Source of the DNA: Patescibacteria group bacterium | Lineage (GTDB): Bacteria > Patescibacteriota > UBA1384 > 2-12-FULL-50-11 | Assembly: GCA_022843855.1 (NCBI GenBank) | Contig: JALHMV010000004.1 | Coordinates: 1 to 47,681, forward strand | Direction: 5' to 3' | DNA length: 47,681 nucleotides | In this document: positions 1 through 9,471 of the stretch, in pieces | How positions within the stretch are numbered: the first letter of the stretch is position 1 | Layout: each line of letters starts with the position of its first letter | The notes under the pieces: model-generated | Seen by the model: only the letters and a program-made list of their open reading frames with translations | The model's database searches: none | What the model was told of the DNA's origin: nothing | Translations under genes and position numbers: made by a program

Positions 1-144
1 GAGCACTCGCTCGTGTTGGTTCGTGGCGGTCGCGTTAAGGATCTGCCAGGTGTGAAGTATCACATCGTCCGCGGCGTCTTGAACGCTGAAGGTGTCGAAA
101 ACCGCAAGCAAGGTCGCAGTAAGTACGGAGCGAAGAAGTCGTAA
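1..144 (+). CDS. rpsL: 30S ribosomal protein S12, C-terminal fragment (5' end lies outside the window)
   Basis: Frame-1 translation from nt 1 gives [47 protein letters not shown], the conserved S12 C-terminus. The TAA at 142-144 overlaps the rpsG ATG by 1 nt. Confidence 0.9.
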   Translation, partial: EHSLVLVRGGRVKDLPGVKYHIVRGVLNAEGVENRKQGRSKYGAKKS

Positions 145-617
145 TGCGTGGTCGCAGTAAGATCAAACGGCCGCCGTTCGTGCTCGACAGCAAGTACAAC
201 GACCCGCTTATTACCAAGTTTGTGAACCGGGTGATGCTTGACGGCAAAAAGGAAACAGCTGAGAAGCTCGTCTACGACGCGCTTGAAAAGCTTGCCAAAG
301 AAACCAACAAAGAAGTTCCAGCTCTCTGGCGCGAAATTCTTGAAAAAGCTGCTCCGATTTTGGAAGTCCGCTCTCGCCGTGTTGGCGGTGCCAACTACCA
401 GGTTCCGGTTGAAGTTCGCCCAGCTCGCAAAGTCATTTTGGTTTTGCGCTGGATCGTCACAACTGCTCGCAACAAAAAGGGTGTGCCGATGAGCGATGCG
501 CTCTACACCGAGATGAAAAACATCCTCGAAAACACCGGTACAGTCATGAAGATTCGCGAAGATATGCACAAGATGGCCGAATCCAACCGGGCCTTCGCTC
601 ACTTCGCTCGGTACTAA
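144..617 (+). CDS. rpsG: 30S ribosomal protein S7
   Basis: 157 aa with typical S7 sequence (ILEVRSRRVGGANYQVPVEV, NRAFAHFRY-like C-terminus). Canonical position after rpsL. Confidence 0.97.
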   Translation: MRGRSKIKRPPFVLDSKYNDPLITKFVNRVMLDGKKETAEKLVYDALEKLAKETNKEVPALWREILEKAAPILEVRSRRVGGANYQVPVEVRPARKVILVLRWIVTTARNKKGVPMSDALYTEMKNILENTGTVMKIREDMHKMAESNRAFAHFARY

Positions 618-618
618 G

Positions 619-834
619 ATGTTTAAGGCCCTTCGGTTTCCCTGGGTGGCTTTTTTCTCCGCGGCTATCTCTATGGCTCTGAGTATGTATTGGATGAACC
701 AGCCAGGGGAAACAGCGATATGGTTGAGTGGGTTGAGTTGGTGGATAAGTTTACTCGTATTAGCCCTCACACTCTCTGTAATGACACATCGGATTAATAA
801 GATTAGAAAATTGAATATTAGAGAGAAGAAATAA
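619..834 (+). CDS. Hypothetical small membrane protein (71 aa) filling the rpsG-fusA spacer
   Basis: The ORF starts 1 nt after the rpsG stop, and its TAA abuts the fusA ATG at 835. It has two hydrophobic helices (WVAFFSAAISMALSMYW, LSWWISLLVLALTLSVM) and a basic tail. No recognisable family and no clear SD. Confidence 0.45.
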   Translation: MFKALRFPWVAFFSAAISMALSMYWMNQPGETAIWLSGLSWWISLLVLALTLSVMTHRINKIRKLNIREKK

Positions 835-2922
835 ATGGCACGCGAATATCCGTTAGAAAGAGTTCGTAACTTTGGTATCATCGCTCACATTGACGCGGGT
901 AAAACCACCGTCTCCGAGCGTATTTTGTATTTTACGGGTAAGACCTACAAAATCGGTGAAGTGCACGAAGGCGCCGCGGTCATGGACTGGATGGAGCAAG
1001 AGCAGGAGCGTGGTATCACGATTACCGCTGCCGCTACTACCACCCACTGGAAGGATCACTCCTTCAACATTATCGATACTCCGGGACACATCGACTTTAC
1101 CGTCGAAGTGCAGCGCAGCTTGCGCGTGCTTGACGGTGCCGTTACCGTCTTTGACGGTGTGGCTGGCGTCGAAGCGCAATCCGAAACTGTCTGGCGCCAA
1201 GCCGACAAGTACCGCGTGCCGCGTATCTGTTTCGTCAACAAACTCGACCGCATCGGCGCTGATTTTAAACACGTTATTAAAACTATCCACGAACGTCTCG
1301 GCGCCAAAACCGCCATCCTCCAGCTGCCAATCGGTGCGGAAGATCAGCTCAAAGGCGTCGTTGACCTCCTCGAAAACAAAGCGCTCGTCTGGAATAAGGA
1401 CGAAGCGACCGAACCGACGACCGAAGACGTTCCGGCCGACATGAAGGCCGAAGTCGAAGAATACCGAGCCAAGCTGATCGAGCAGATCGCCGAAACCGAC
1501 GAAGCCTTGCTTGAAAAGTTCTTTAACGGCGAAGAATTGCCGGTTGAGGACCTCAAGAAGGCGCTTCGCAAAGCTGTTATCAACGTCGAACTCTTCCCAG
1601 TCATGGCTGGTTCAGCACTCAAGAACAAAGGCGTTCAGCCGCTCCTCGATGCTGTTGTTGCTTACTTGCCAAGCCCGCTCGACGTTCCGGCTGTCGAAGG
1701 TATTAATCCAAAGAACGAAGAAGAAAAGATTGTTCGCGAGACAAGTGACGACGAGCCGTTTACTGCCCTTGCTTTCAAAGTCGCAACCGACCCATTTGTT
1801 GGTTCGCTGACCTTCTTCCGCGTCTACGCTGGTAAGCTGGCTGCTGGTTCGTACGTCATGAACCCAGGTAAAGGCGAAAAAGAGCGCATCGGCCGCATCG
1901 TTCGCTTGCACGCTAATAGCCGTGAAGATGTGAAAGAAGTCTACGCTGGTGAGATCGCCGCTGCCGTTGGTCTCAAAAACACGACCACCGGTGACACGCT
2001 CTGCACCGAAGACAAGCCAGTATTACTCGAACAAATCTCGTTCCCCGAACCAGTTATTAAGATGTCGATCGAACCAAAAACTAAGGCCGATCAAGAAAAA
2101 ATGGGCGCCGCGCTCCAGCGTCTCGCCGCCGAAGACCCAACGCTGCGACTCTCAAAAGACGAGACGACCTCTCAGACCCTAATCGAAGGTATGGGCGAAC
2201 TTCACCTCGACATTATCGTCGACCGGATGAAGCGCGAGTTTGGGGTCGTTGCCGATAAGGGCGCACCGCAGGTTGCCTACAAAGAAACGATCAAGATTCC
2301 GGTCAAACAAGAAGCCAAGTACATCAAACAAACCGGTGGTCGCGGTCAGTACGGTCACGTTTGGCTCGAAATCGAACCGATCGAATCTGGCACTGGCTTT
2401 GAATTCGTCAACAAAATCGTTGGTGGTGCTATCCCGCGTGAATTTATCCCATCGGTCGAAAAGGGTGTCAAAGACGCACTAACCAAGGGTATTATCGCCG
2501 GCTATCCGATCGTTGACGTCAAAGTGACGCTTTACGATGGTTCGTACCACGATGTTGACTCTTCGGACGTCGCCTTCCAAATCGCGGGTGCGATGGCCTT
2601 CAAGGATGGTTGTAAAAAAGCCAATCCGGTCTTGCTCGAACCGATCATGAAAGTCGAAGTGGTTACTCCTGAAGAATTCTTCGGTAACTGCATGGGCGAC
2701 CTCAATAGCCGCCGCGGCCGTGTGATGGGCACCGAAGACCGCGGTAACTCCAAAGTTATCGACGCGCATGTACCGCTCTCAGAAATGTTTGGCTACATCA
2801 CCGATCTGCGTGGTATGAGCCAAGGTCGCGCCTCGTTCTCGATGGAATTTGACCACTACGAAGAAACACCGGGCAACATTACCGCTCAGATCGTCGGTAA
2901 GTCGGTTAAGGCAACCGACTAA
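835..2922 (+). CDS. fusA: Elongation factor G
   Basis: 695 aa with GTPase motifs [14 protein letters not shown] and NKLD, and full-length EF-G domain order. Canonical str-operon position. Confidence 0.98.
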   Translation: MAREYPLERVRNFGIIAHIDAGKTTVSERILYFTGKTYKIGEVHEGAAVMDWMEQEQERGITITAAATTTHWKDHSFNIIDTPGHIDFTVEVQRSLRVLDGAVTVFDGVAGVEAQSETVWRQADKYRVPRICFVNKLDRIGADFKHVIKTIHERLGAKTAILQLPIGAEDQLKGVVDLLENKALVWNKDEATEPTTEDVPADMKAEVEEYRAKLIEQIAETDEALLEKFFNGEELPVEDLKKALRKAVINVELFPVMAGSALKNKGVQPLLDAVVAYLPSPLDVPAVEGINPKNEEEKIVRETSDDEPFTALAFKVATDPFVGSLTFFRVYAGKLAAGSYVMNPGKGEKERIGRIVRLHANSREDVKEVYAGEIAAAVGLKNTTTGDTLCTEDKPVLLEQISFPEPVIKMSIEPKTKADQEKMGAALQRLAAEDPTLRLSKDETTSQTLIEGMGELHLDIIVDRMKREFGVVADKGAPQVAYKETIKIPVKQEAKYIKQTGGRGQYGHVWLEIEPIESGTGFEFVNKIVGGAIPREFIPSVEKGVKDALTKGIIAGYPIVDVKVTLYDGSYHDVDSSDVAFQIAGAMAFKDGCKKANPVLLEPIMKVEVVTPEEFFGNCMGDLNSRRGRVMGTEDRGNSKVIDAHVPLSEMFGYITDLRGMSQGRASFSMEFDHYEETPGNITAQIVGKSVKATD

Positions 2923-2983
2923 CAACCGTTGTTCGCATACTGCTCACAATCGTCGGTAAGTCCGGCAAAGCTACCGACTAACA
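2884..2983 (+). repeat. Imperfect direct duplication of the last ~41 nt of fusA (copies at 2884-2924 and 2942-2983)
   Basis: Copy 1 is gctcagatcgtcggtaagtcggttaaggcaaccgactaaca. Copy 2 is gctcacaatcgtcggtaagtccggcaaagctaccgactaaca. Copy 2 would encode IVGKSGKATD*, against the real fusA end [10 protein letters not shown]. Confidence 0.8.
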
Positions 2984-2987
2984 CCCC

Positions 2988-3017
2988 TTGACCTCACACC
3001 GAGTCAACAGGTACAAT
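2988..3017 (+). promoter_or_regulatory. Candidate sigma70-type promoter for tuf
   Basis: TTGACC (2988-2993), an 18-nt spacer, then TACAAT (3012-3017), about 60 nt upstream of the tuf ATG. Pattern match only. Confidence 0.4.
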
Positions 3018-3078
3018 AAATCCGCTAATTGCGGTATACTACCGCTATATAAGAATAAAGAAAGGGTTTACTAGTTAA

Positions 3079-4260
3079 ATGGCAGCAACATTTGAACGAA
3101 CAAAACCGCATGTCAACGTTGGTACAATCGGCCACGTCGACCACGGTAAAACTACCCTGACAGCTGCGATCACCAACGTGCTCGCGGAAAAGGGTTGGGC
3201 CGAGAAGCGGGCCGTCGACCAGATCGACAACGCTCCAGAAGAAAAGCAGCGCGGTATTACTATCGCGACGTATCACGTTGAGTACGAGTCCGACAAGCGT
3301 CACTACGCTCACGTCGACTGCCCAGGACACGCTGACTACGTTAAGAACATGATCACCGGCGCCGCCCAGATGGACGCCGCCATTTTGGTCGTGTCCGCTC
3401 CAGATGGTCCAATGCCACAAACCCGCGAGCACATCTTGCTTGCCAAGCAGGTTGGCGTTCCGTACATCGTCGTCTTCATGAACAAGTGCGATCAGGTCTC
3501 TGACCCAGATCTCCTTGAGCTCGTTGAAGAAGAGATTCGTGACCTTCTGACCAAGAACGAATACCCAGGCAAAGACACCCCGATCATCAAGGGCTCGGCT
3601 CTTAAAGCGATCGAAGGTGACGCTGACGCCAAAAAGGCGATCTTCGACCTCGTCGAAGCGCTCGACACCTACGTTCCAGAACCAGTTCGTGAGACCGACA
3701 AGCCATTCTTGATGCCGGTCGAAGACGTTTTCTCGATCAAGGGTCGCGGTACGGTCGTAACCGGTCGTATCGAGCGCGGTCAGATCAAAGTCGGTGACGA
3801 AGTCGAAGTTGTTGGCCTCAAAGCCAGCGCCAAGACCACCATCACCGGTGTCGAAATGTTCCGCAAGCAGTTGAACGAAGGCCAGGCCGGCGACAACGTT
3901 GGTCTCCTTGTTCGCGGTCTTGAGCGAACCGACGTCGAACGCGGTCAGGTTATGTGTAAGCCAGGCTCGATCACCCCACACACCGAATTCGAAGCCGAGT
4001 GCTACATCCTTAAAAAAGAAGAAGGTGGCCGTCACACGCCGTTCACCAAGGGCTACAAGCCGCAGTTCTACTTCCGAACAACGGACGTAACTGGTGAAGT
4101 CGAGCTGCCAGATGGCGCCGAAATGGTTGTCCCAGGAGACACCACGACCTTCAAAGTCAAGCTGATCCAGCCGATCGCGATGGAAGAGAAGCTCCGCTTC
4201 GCCATCCGCGAAGGTGGTAAGACGGTCGGTGCCGGTATTGTGACAAAGATTATTAAGTAA
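3079..4260 (+). CDS. tuf: Elongation factor Tu
   Basis: 393 aa with [17 protein letters not shown] and NKCD motifs. Full-length EF-Tu. Confidence 0.98.
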   Translation: MAATFERTKPHVNVGTIGHVDHGKTTLTAAITNVLAEKGWAEKRAVDQIDNAPEEKQRGITIATYHVEYESDKRHYAHVDCPGHADYVKNMITGAAQMDAAILVVSAPDGPMPQTREHILLAKQVGVPYIVVFMNKCDQVSDPDLLELVEEEIRDLLTKNEYPGKDTPIIKGSALKAIEGDADAKKAIFDLVEALDTYVPEPVRETDKPFLMPVEDVFSIKGRGTVVTGRIERGQIKVGDEVEVVGLKASAKTTITGVEMFRKQLNEGQAGDNVGLLVRGLERTDVERGQVMCKPGSITPHTEFEAECYILKKEEGGRHTPFTKGYKPQFYFRTTDVTGEVELPDGAEMVVPGDTTTFKVKLIQPIAMEEKLRFAIREGGKTVGAGIVTKIIK

Positions 4261-4341
4261 ATGGTATCCTTGTCCCACTTCTCAACTATCGTTTCGAAGT
4301 CGTCACATAACTAACTAGAACTAGATTGAGAAAGCACCTTA

Positions 4342-4680
4342 ATGAGCAAAACACACAACGAAAAGCGCGCCGCCGCCAAGTCGAGCATCCGAATTAAGCT
4401 CAAAGCTTACGATTACCGGGTCATCGACCGCAGCGCCAAAAAGATCATCGAGACGGCTGAAAGAACCGGCGCGATTGTCGCCGGTCCGATCCCGCTGCCG
4501 ACGGAAAAAAATCTTGTCACCGTCAACCGATCGACCTTCGTCCACAAGGACGCACGCGAACAGTTCGAGATCCGCACCCACAAGCGCATCATCGACGTCT
4601 TGGACCCAAATCCAAAGACGCTTGATGCCCTAATGAACCTGGACCTTCCAGCAGGTGTAGACATCGAAATTAAAACGTAA
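4342..4680 (+). CDS. rpsJ: 30S ribosomal protein S10
   Basis: 112 aa. [39 protein letters not shown] is typical S10. Confidence 0.97.
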   Translation: MSKTHNEKRAAAKSSIRIKLKAYDYRVIDRSAKKIIETAERTGAIVAGPIPLPTEKNLVTVNRSTFVHKDAREQFEIRTHKRIIDVLDPNPKTLDALMNLDLPAGVDIEIKT

Positions 4681-4749
4681 ACGTTTTACTTCTCGTTGCG
4701 AGGCAACTCGCAGTCAAAACCTAAGAGCTCAAAACAAGGTTTGCAAAAA

Positions 4750-4775
4750 GGCCGCTCACCAGAGCGGGCTTTTTG
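4750..4775 (+). terminator. Rho-independent terminator-like hairpin after rpsJ
   Basis: ccgctc-acca-gagcgg stem-loop followed by cttttt. It sits where rplC would normally follow rpsJ. Confidence 0.55.
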
Positions 4776-4824
4776 TTACCCGAATCTTTCCCGAACAGCT
4801 CGTCTGTAGTAAAATACCGTTAAC

Positions 4825-6315
4825 ATGGCAGCGGAAGCTAATCTTGAACAAAAACTTTGGGAGGCTGCTGATACATTGCGCGGAAATATTTCTTCATCTG
4901 AATACAAAGAGGTCGTTTTAGGCCTCATTTTTCTTAAATACATTTCCGATGCGTTCGAGAAGAAATATAATGAGCTGAAGCAGAGCCCGGTATCTGAGCC
5001 GGAAGATCGCGACGAATACACGATGGAAAATATCTACTGGGTGCCCAAACAGGCGCGCTGGTCCTTTATCCGTGATTACGCTAAACAGCCAGCAATCGGA
5101 ACCATTGTTGATAACGCCATGGAGGAGATCGAGAAAGATAATCCCGATCTTAAAGGGGTACTTTTCAAAAATTACGCACGTGAAAGTTTGGACAAACGCC
5201 GTCTCGGGGAGTTGATTGATATTATCTCCAGCATCGATATGTCGGGTCCGGACAAAGGAGATGTGCTGGGCCGCGTTTACGAATACTTTCTTGGTAAATT
5301 TGCCCATGCCGAAGGGCAACGCGGTGGTGAATTCTTTACGCCAAAATCAGTCGTGAAGCTGCTTGTCGAAATGGTCCAGCCGTTCAACGGCCGGGTGTAT
5401 GACCCGTGCTGTGGTAGTGGCGGCATGTTTATACAAAGTGAAAAATTTGTTCTCGACCATCAGGGCAGGATCGACGATATTCATGTCTTTGGCCAAGAGC
5501 TAAATACAACGACAATGCGGCTCGCCAAAATGAATCTGGCCATGCACCATATCGACGCCAAACTCGAGAACGGCGATACGCTCCATAATGATAAACACAA
5601 AGATTTAAAGGCAGATTTCATCCTTGCCAATCCACCGTTTAATGTCAGCGATTGGGGGGAAGAGCATTTGCGTAATGATCTCAGATGGAAGTACGGTATC
5701 CCACCGAAAGGTAACGCTAACTTTGCCTGGGTTCAGCATTTCATTCATCACTTAGCGCCGCGTGGTGTTGCTGGTTTTGTCTTGGCCAACGGTTCTATGG
5801 CCTCGCAAACATCCGGTGAAGGTGAAATTCGCAAGAATATTGTCGAAGCTGACTTAGTTGATTGTATTGTCAGCTTGCCGGATAAGTTATTCTTTAACGC
5901 GGCTATTCCTGCATGTCTGTGGTTCATTGCTCGCAATCGCGAAAACCGCAAAGGCAAGACACTGTTCGTCGACGCGCGCAATATGGGCACGATGATCAAT
6001 CGTCGGAACCGTGAACTGACTGATGCTGACATTCAGAAAATCTCCTATGCATACCACAGCTGGAAAGGTAGTAACGGTGGCGATTACAAGGATGTTCCTG
6101 GCTTTTGCAAGGTTGCCACAGTCAAAGAGATTGCCGAGCAAGACTATATCCTCACTCCTGGCCGCTACGTCGGCAGCGAAGAAATTGAAGAAGACGACGA
6201 GGCGTTCGAAAACAAAATAAAGAGGCTTACAGTAGAACTTTACAGTCAATTTGAGGAGAGCCGCAAGCTCGAATCAGAAATTAATGATAATTTGCGAAAG
6301 ATTAACTATGAGTAA
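4825..6315 (+). CDS. hsdM: Type I restriction-modification system, DNA methyltransferase subunit M
   Basis: 496 aa. HsdM N-terminal domain (LEQKLWEAADTLRGNISSSEYKEVVLGLIFLKYISD), AdoMet motif I (VYDPCCGSGGMF) and N6-adenine motif IV (NPPF). Confidence 0.93.
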   Translation: MAAEANLEQKLWEAADTLRGNISSSEYKEVVLGLIFLKYISDAFEKKYNELKQSPVSEPEDRDEYTMENIYWVPKQARWSFIRDYAKQPAIGTIVDNAMEEIEKDNPDLKGVLFKNYARESLDKRRLGELIDIISSIDMSGPDKGDVLGRVYEYFLGKFAHAEGQRGGEFFTPKSVVKLLVEMVQPFNGRVYDPCCGSGGMFIQSEKFVLDHQGRIDDIHVFGQELNTTTMRLAKMNLAMHHIDAKLENGDTLHNDKHKDLKADFILANPPFNVSDWGEEHLRNDLRWKYGIPPKGNANFAWVQHFIHHLAPRGVAGFVLANGSMASQTSGEGEIRKNIVEADLVDCIVSLPDKLFFNAAIPACLWFIARNRENRKGKTLFVDARNMGTMINRRNRELTDADIQKISYAYHSWKGSNGGDYKDVPGFCKVATVKEIAEQDYILTPGRYVGSEEIEEDDEAFENKIKRLTVELYSQFEESRKLESEINDNLRKINYE

Positions 6316-6838
6316 AAAGCGATTTACGACATACGCGTTTATAGACAGCCAGAACCTAAATCTGGGAACAAAAAAGGATATCTATAAGAATGGCAAGCGA
6401 ATATACAAAGGTTGGCAGTTGGATTTTAAGAAATTTCGACGCTATCTTTCAGATAAATTTAGGGTCGAGAAGGCTTTTCTCTTCATTGGATATATTAAGC
6501 AATACAGAAGCCTTTACCGGAGCCTTCGATCATACGGCTACGAGCTAGTCTTTAAGCCAACCGTCACAGATTCGGACGGTAAGCCAAAGGGTAATGTTGA
6601 CGCTGAGTTGGTACTGCACGCAGCGGCGATCGAGTACGGCAATTTCGATCAGGCGGTGATTGTTGCAGGTGACGGAGATTATAGGTGTTTATGTGAATTC
6701 TTGGTAACTAACAATAAGTTGCGAGCACTTGTTATTCCAAACTCCCTTTCCGAATCGGTATTACTGAAGGATTTTCAGAGATTCAAATTCTTTATTCAGT
6801 ACGAAAAAGATAAGTTGATTATGGAAACTCAGGGTTAA
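6308..6838 (+). CDS. NYN/LabA-like (PIN-fold) predicted ribonuclease embedded in the hsd operon
   Basis: 176 aa from ATG 6308, which overlaps the hsdM stop by 8 nt. Acidic motifs typical of NYN domains: AFIDSQN, GNVDAELV, VIVAGDGDY. Family call from motif memory, not a search. Confidence 0.72.
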   Translation: MSKKRFTTYAFIDSQNLNLGTKKDIYKNGKRIYKGWQLDFKKFRRYLSDKFRVEKAFLFIGYIKQYRSLYRSLRSYGYELVFKPTVTDSDGKPKGNVDAELVLHAAAIEYGNFDQAVIVAGDGDYRCLCEFLVTNNKLRALVIPNSLSESVLLKDFQRFKFFIQYEKDKLIMETQG

Positions 6839-6946
6839 AGGAAATGAGAGGCGTCACATATAACACGCAGTTATACGCTCGTTTCTCTCTCCTGATATCT
6901 AGATTTTCTCATTTTTCTCTACTTAGTCAACCTATTAAGGCTCCAA

Positions 6947-8104
6947 ATGACTAAAACTGTCTTGCTCGGAAATGTTGCAGAAATAAATGCAAATCAGGTA
7001 GGAAAAGGGTATCCATATGAAAAAATAAAATATATTGATGTGGCTTCAGTAAGTAGCGGTAAGGTCGAGAAGATAGATTTAGATTTAGCTAACGCTCCAA
7101 GCAGAGCAAGACGCATTGTACGCGACAATGATATTTTGATTTCTACGGTGCGGCCGAATTTGAAGCACTTCGCGTACATACCAGAAGCCGAGGAAAACTT
7201 GGTTGCCTCGACTGGCTTCGCCACAATTTCTGGCAGCCAAAATGTTGATCCAAAGTACCTCTACTACTATATGACCAGAGACGATATAACAAATTACCTT
7301 ACTTCAGTGGCCGAAGGCCAAGCTACTACATTTCCAGCCTTCCGACCTGAAATTTTACAGAATCTAAAAATTACCCTGCCTGAGCTTGAACAGCAAAAGA
7401 AGATTGGCAACTTTCTTTATTCTCTGGATAAAAAAATCGAACTCAACCAGCGGATGAATGAGACACTGGAAAAAATCGGCCAAACACTTTTTAAGCACTA
7501 CTTCATCGACAACCCCGACCGAAATAATTGGGGAAAACGGTCTTTGAACAGCTTCGGAGAGATAATATGTGGAAAGACACCGCCGAAAAATCGCGCCGAA
7601 TATTTTGGTGGAGTAATTCCCTTCATAAAAATTCCTGACATGCATGGGCAGGTTTTTATTACCGAAACGCAAGATAACCTGACAGAACCTGGTCGAGACT
7701 CTCAAAGAAATAAAACACTGCCCGCCAACACGATATGCGTAAGTTGTATTGCAACTGTCGGGCTAGTTTCGCTTACTTCACAGCCGTCGCAAACAAATCA
7801 GCAAATAAACTCAGTAACACCGACTGAAAAGGAGTACACCTATTATCTATACTTCATGCTCAAAAGCATTAAATCTCAATTGATTGACATGGCCAGCGGA
7901 GGTTCGGCAACGCCTAACTTGAATACTTCATCATTTTCTAAGATTTCTATCACCACTCCTGACAATAAAATTCTTCGTAAATTCGACCAGACTGTAAGAA
8001 TAATTTTCGAGAGGATTCTTAATAACCAAAATCAAAACAAACAGCTAGCCGAGCTTCGCGACTCACTTTTGCCGCGGTTAATTTCTGGGAAAATTCATGC
8101 TTAA
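6947..8104 (+). CDS. hsdS: Type I restriction-modification system, specificity subunit S
   Basis: 385 aa with two target-recognition halves separated by the conserved helical spacer (LPELEQQKKIGNFLYSLDKKIELNQRMNETLEKIGQTLFKHYF). C-terminal repeat of the same type (QLAELRDSLLPRLISGKI). Confidence 0.88.
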   Translation: MTKTVLLGNVAEINANQVGKGYPYEKIKYIDVASVSSGKVEKIDLDLANAPSRARRIVRDNDILISTVRPNLKHFAYIPEAEENLVASTGFATISGSQNVDPKYLYYYMTRDDITNYLTSVAEGQATTFPAFRPEILQNLKITLPELEQQKKIGNFLYSLDKKIELNQRMNETLEKIGQTLFKHYFIDNPDRNNWGKRSLNSFGEIICGKTPPKNRAEYFGGVIPFIKIPDMHGQVFITETQDNLTEPGRDSQRNKTLPANTICVSCIATVGLVSLTSQPSQTNQQINSVTPTEKEYTYYLYFMLKSIKSQLIDMASGGSATPNLNTSSFSKISITTPDNKILRKFDQTVRIIFERILNNQNQNKQLAELRDSLLPRLISGKIHA

Positions 8105-9470
8105 GACGGTAAAGATTTCGCAATATAAAGGTTTCTACGGTACTCAGACGATAGAATTTGCAGTACCAAATAATTCAAGTTTTGGTAGTGGATTAACACT
8201 TGTTGTGGGACCGAATAATACGGGCAAGACCACGGTGATAGAATCATTACTCATTACAGAATCTAAGAAATTCAAAGAAAGTGAGCGACATGGTAAAAAT
8301 GTGCCTAAAATTGTCATAGGAAACACGCAAGGTGGTGCGACGACCTACACCAATAATCGTGGCGGGTCATTAATAAGCTTTTCTGGGGCGCATCATGGGA
8401 TAAATTTTGAACTCATCCCTTCAAGGCGATACTGGCAGTATAAGTTTGGAGGACAACATAATTTTCAACAGTTGGTTAGCCAATCCATTGCAGGAGAGAC
8501 CAGAAATTCGAATGTCTTCGATTTGGGCCCGGTATTAAAAACCATACTTTCCGATAGTCGGATTTTGGAAAGGTTTAACTCACTAATGAAGAGGGTGATC
8601 CCGCACTTTACAAGCTGGACAATTGATACGGGCGATGATGGTAGCGACTACGTAAAATACAAAACAGCCAGCACCTACCATCAATCGAATTTGTTGGGTG
8701 ATGGCATCATCTCTCTGTTTAGGATAGTTGCCCACTTAATCCATGACCAGTCGACTACTTTTATTATTGACGAGCCAGAACTTTCGCTCCACCCCGCAGC
8801 ACAGAAAAGGCTCGCTGCGGTTTTGTCTGAACTCTCTAAAGATAGACAGATAATAATCTGTACTCACTCTCCTTATTTTATTAACTGGCATGATTTTGCT
8901 AATGGAGCAAAAGTGATACGGCTGAACAAGGACGCAGAGACCCCTTGTCGCGTTTACTCGCTGGACAACTCAAAAGACTACTCTCGCTTTATTTCAGGAA
9001 CGATAAATGAATATCAGAAACCTCAATTGCTAGACTTAGCAGCAAAGGAAATTCTATTTAGCGACAGAATATTTTTTACCGAGGGGCAGGAGGATGTTGG
9101 TTTAATTAAAAGGTGGATGGCAGATAACGATATAGCTCAACCATTCGAAATATTTGGCTATGGCGTGGGCGGAGAAAAAAATATGAAGCTCTTCTTGGAA
9201 ATGGCGAAAGATCTTGGAATTGCAAAAGTAGCGGCATTATATGACTCAAATTCAACAAATTATAGCTCCGATCAGAGTAGTTATCCCGACTTCTTATTAA
9301 AAAAGCTTTCGACCGAAGACATTCGGGACAAAGTAAATAGGTGCATACGAAGTTGCCCATACGGGAAAGATAGAAACGGCACTTTTCTTTCAAATGGGAG
9401 AATCAAAACAACGGAAAAATCTAATTTCCAAGCTTTAATGAATGAAATAGTAACGCACTTATCGACTTAA
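8097..9470 (+). CDS. ABC-type ATPase fused to a Toprim/DUF4435-like C-terminal domain (OLD-family-like), embedded between hsdS and hsdR
   Basis: 457 aa. Walker [10 protein letters not shown] (aa 38-46), signature-like LLGDGIISL, Walker [13 protein letters not shown] (aa 222-233), H-loop ICTHSP. C-terminal [16 protein letters not shown] (Toprim-like Glu, aa 329) and AALYDSNS (degenerate DxD). Overlaps the hsdS stop by 8 nt and ends 1 nt before the hsdR ATG. Confidence 0.72.
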   Translation: MLKTVKISQYKGFYGTQTIEFAVPNNSSFGSGLTLVVGPNNTGKTTVIESLLITESKKFKESERHGKNVPKIVIGNTQGGATTYTNNRGGSLISFSGAHHGINFELIPSRRYWQYKFGGQHNFQQLVSQSIAGETRNSNVFDLGPVLKTILSDSRILERFNSLMKRVIPHFTSWTIDTGDDGSDYVKYKTASTYHQSNLLGDGIISLFRIVAHLIHDQSTTFIIDEPELSLHPAAQKRLAAVLSELSKDRQIIICTHSPYFINWHDFANGAKVIRLNKDAETPCRVYSLDNSKDYSRFISGTINEYQKPQLLDLAAKEILFSDRIFFTEGQEDVGLIKRWMADNDIAQPFEIFGYGVGGEKNMKLFLEMAKDLGIAKVAALYDSNSTNYSSDQSSYPDFLLKKLSTEDIRDKVNRCIRSCPYGKDRNGTFLSNGRIKTTEKSNFQALMNEIVTHLST

Positions 9471-9471
9471 A

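Noticed and set aside
3025-4278. 417-aa ORF on the minus strand covering all of tuf
   Set aside because: It is an antisense shadow of a highly conserved, codon-biased gene. The translation is low-complexity with no motifs, and tuf on the plus strand is unambiguous. The same reasoning applies to 60-881(-), 853-1290(-) and 2479-2769(-).
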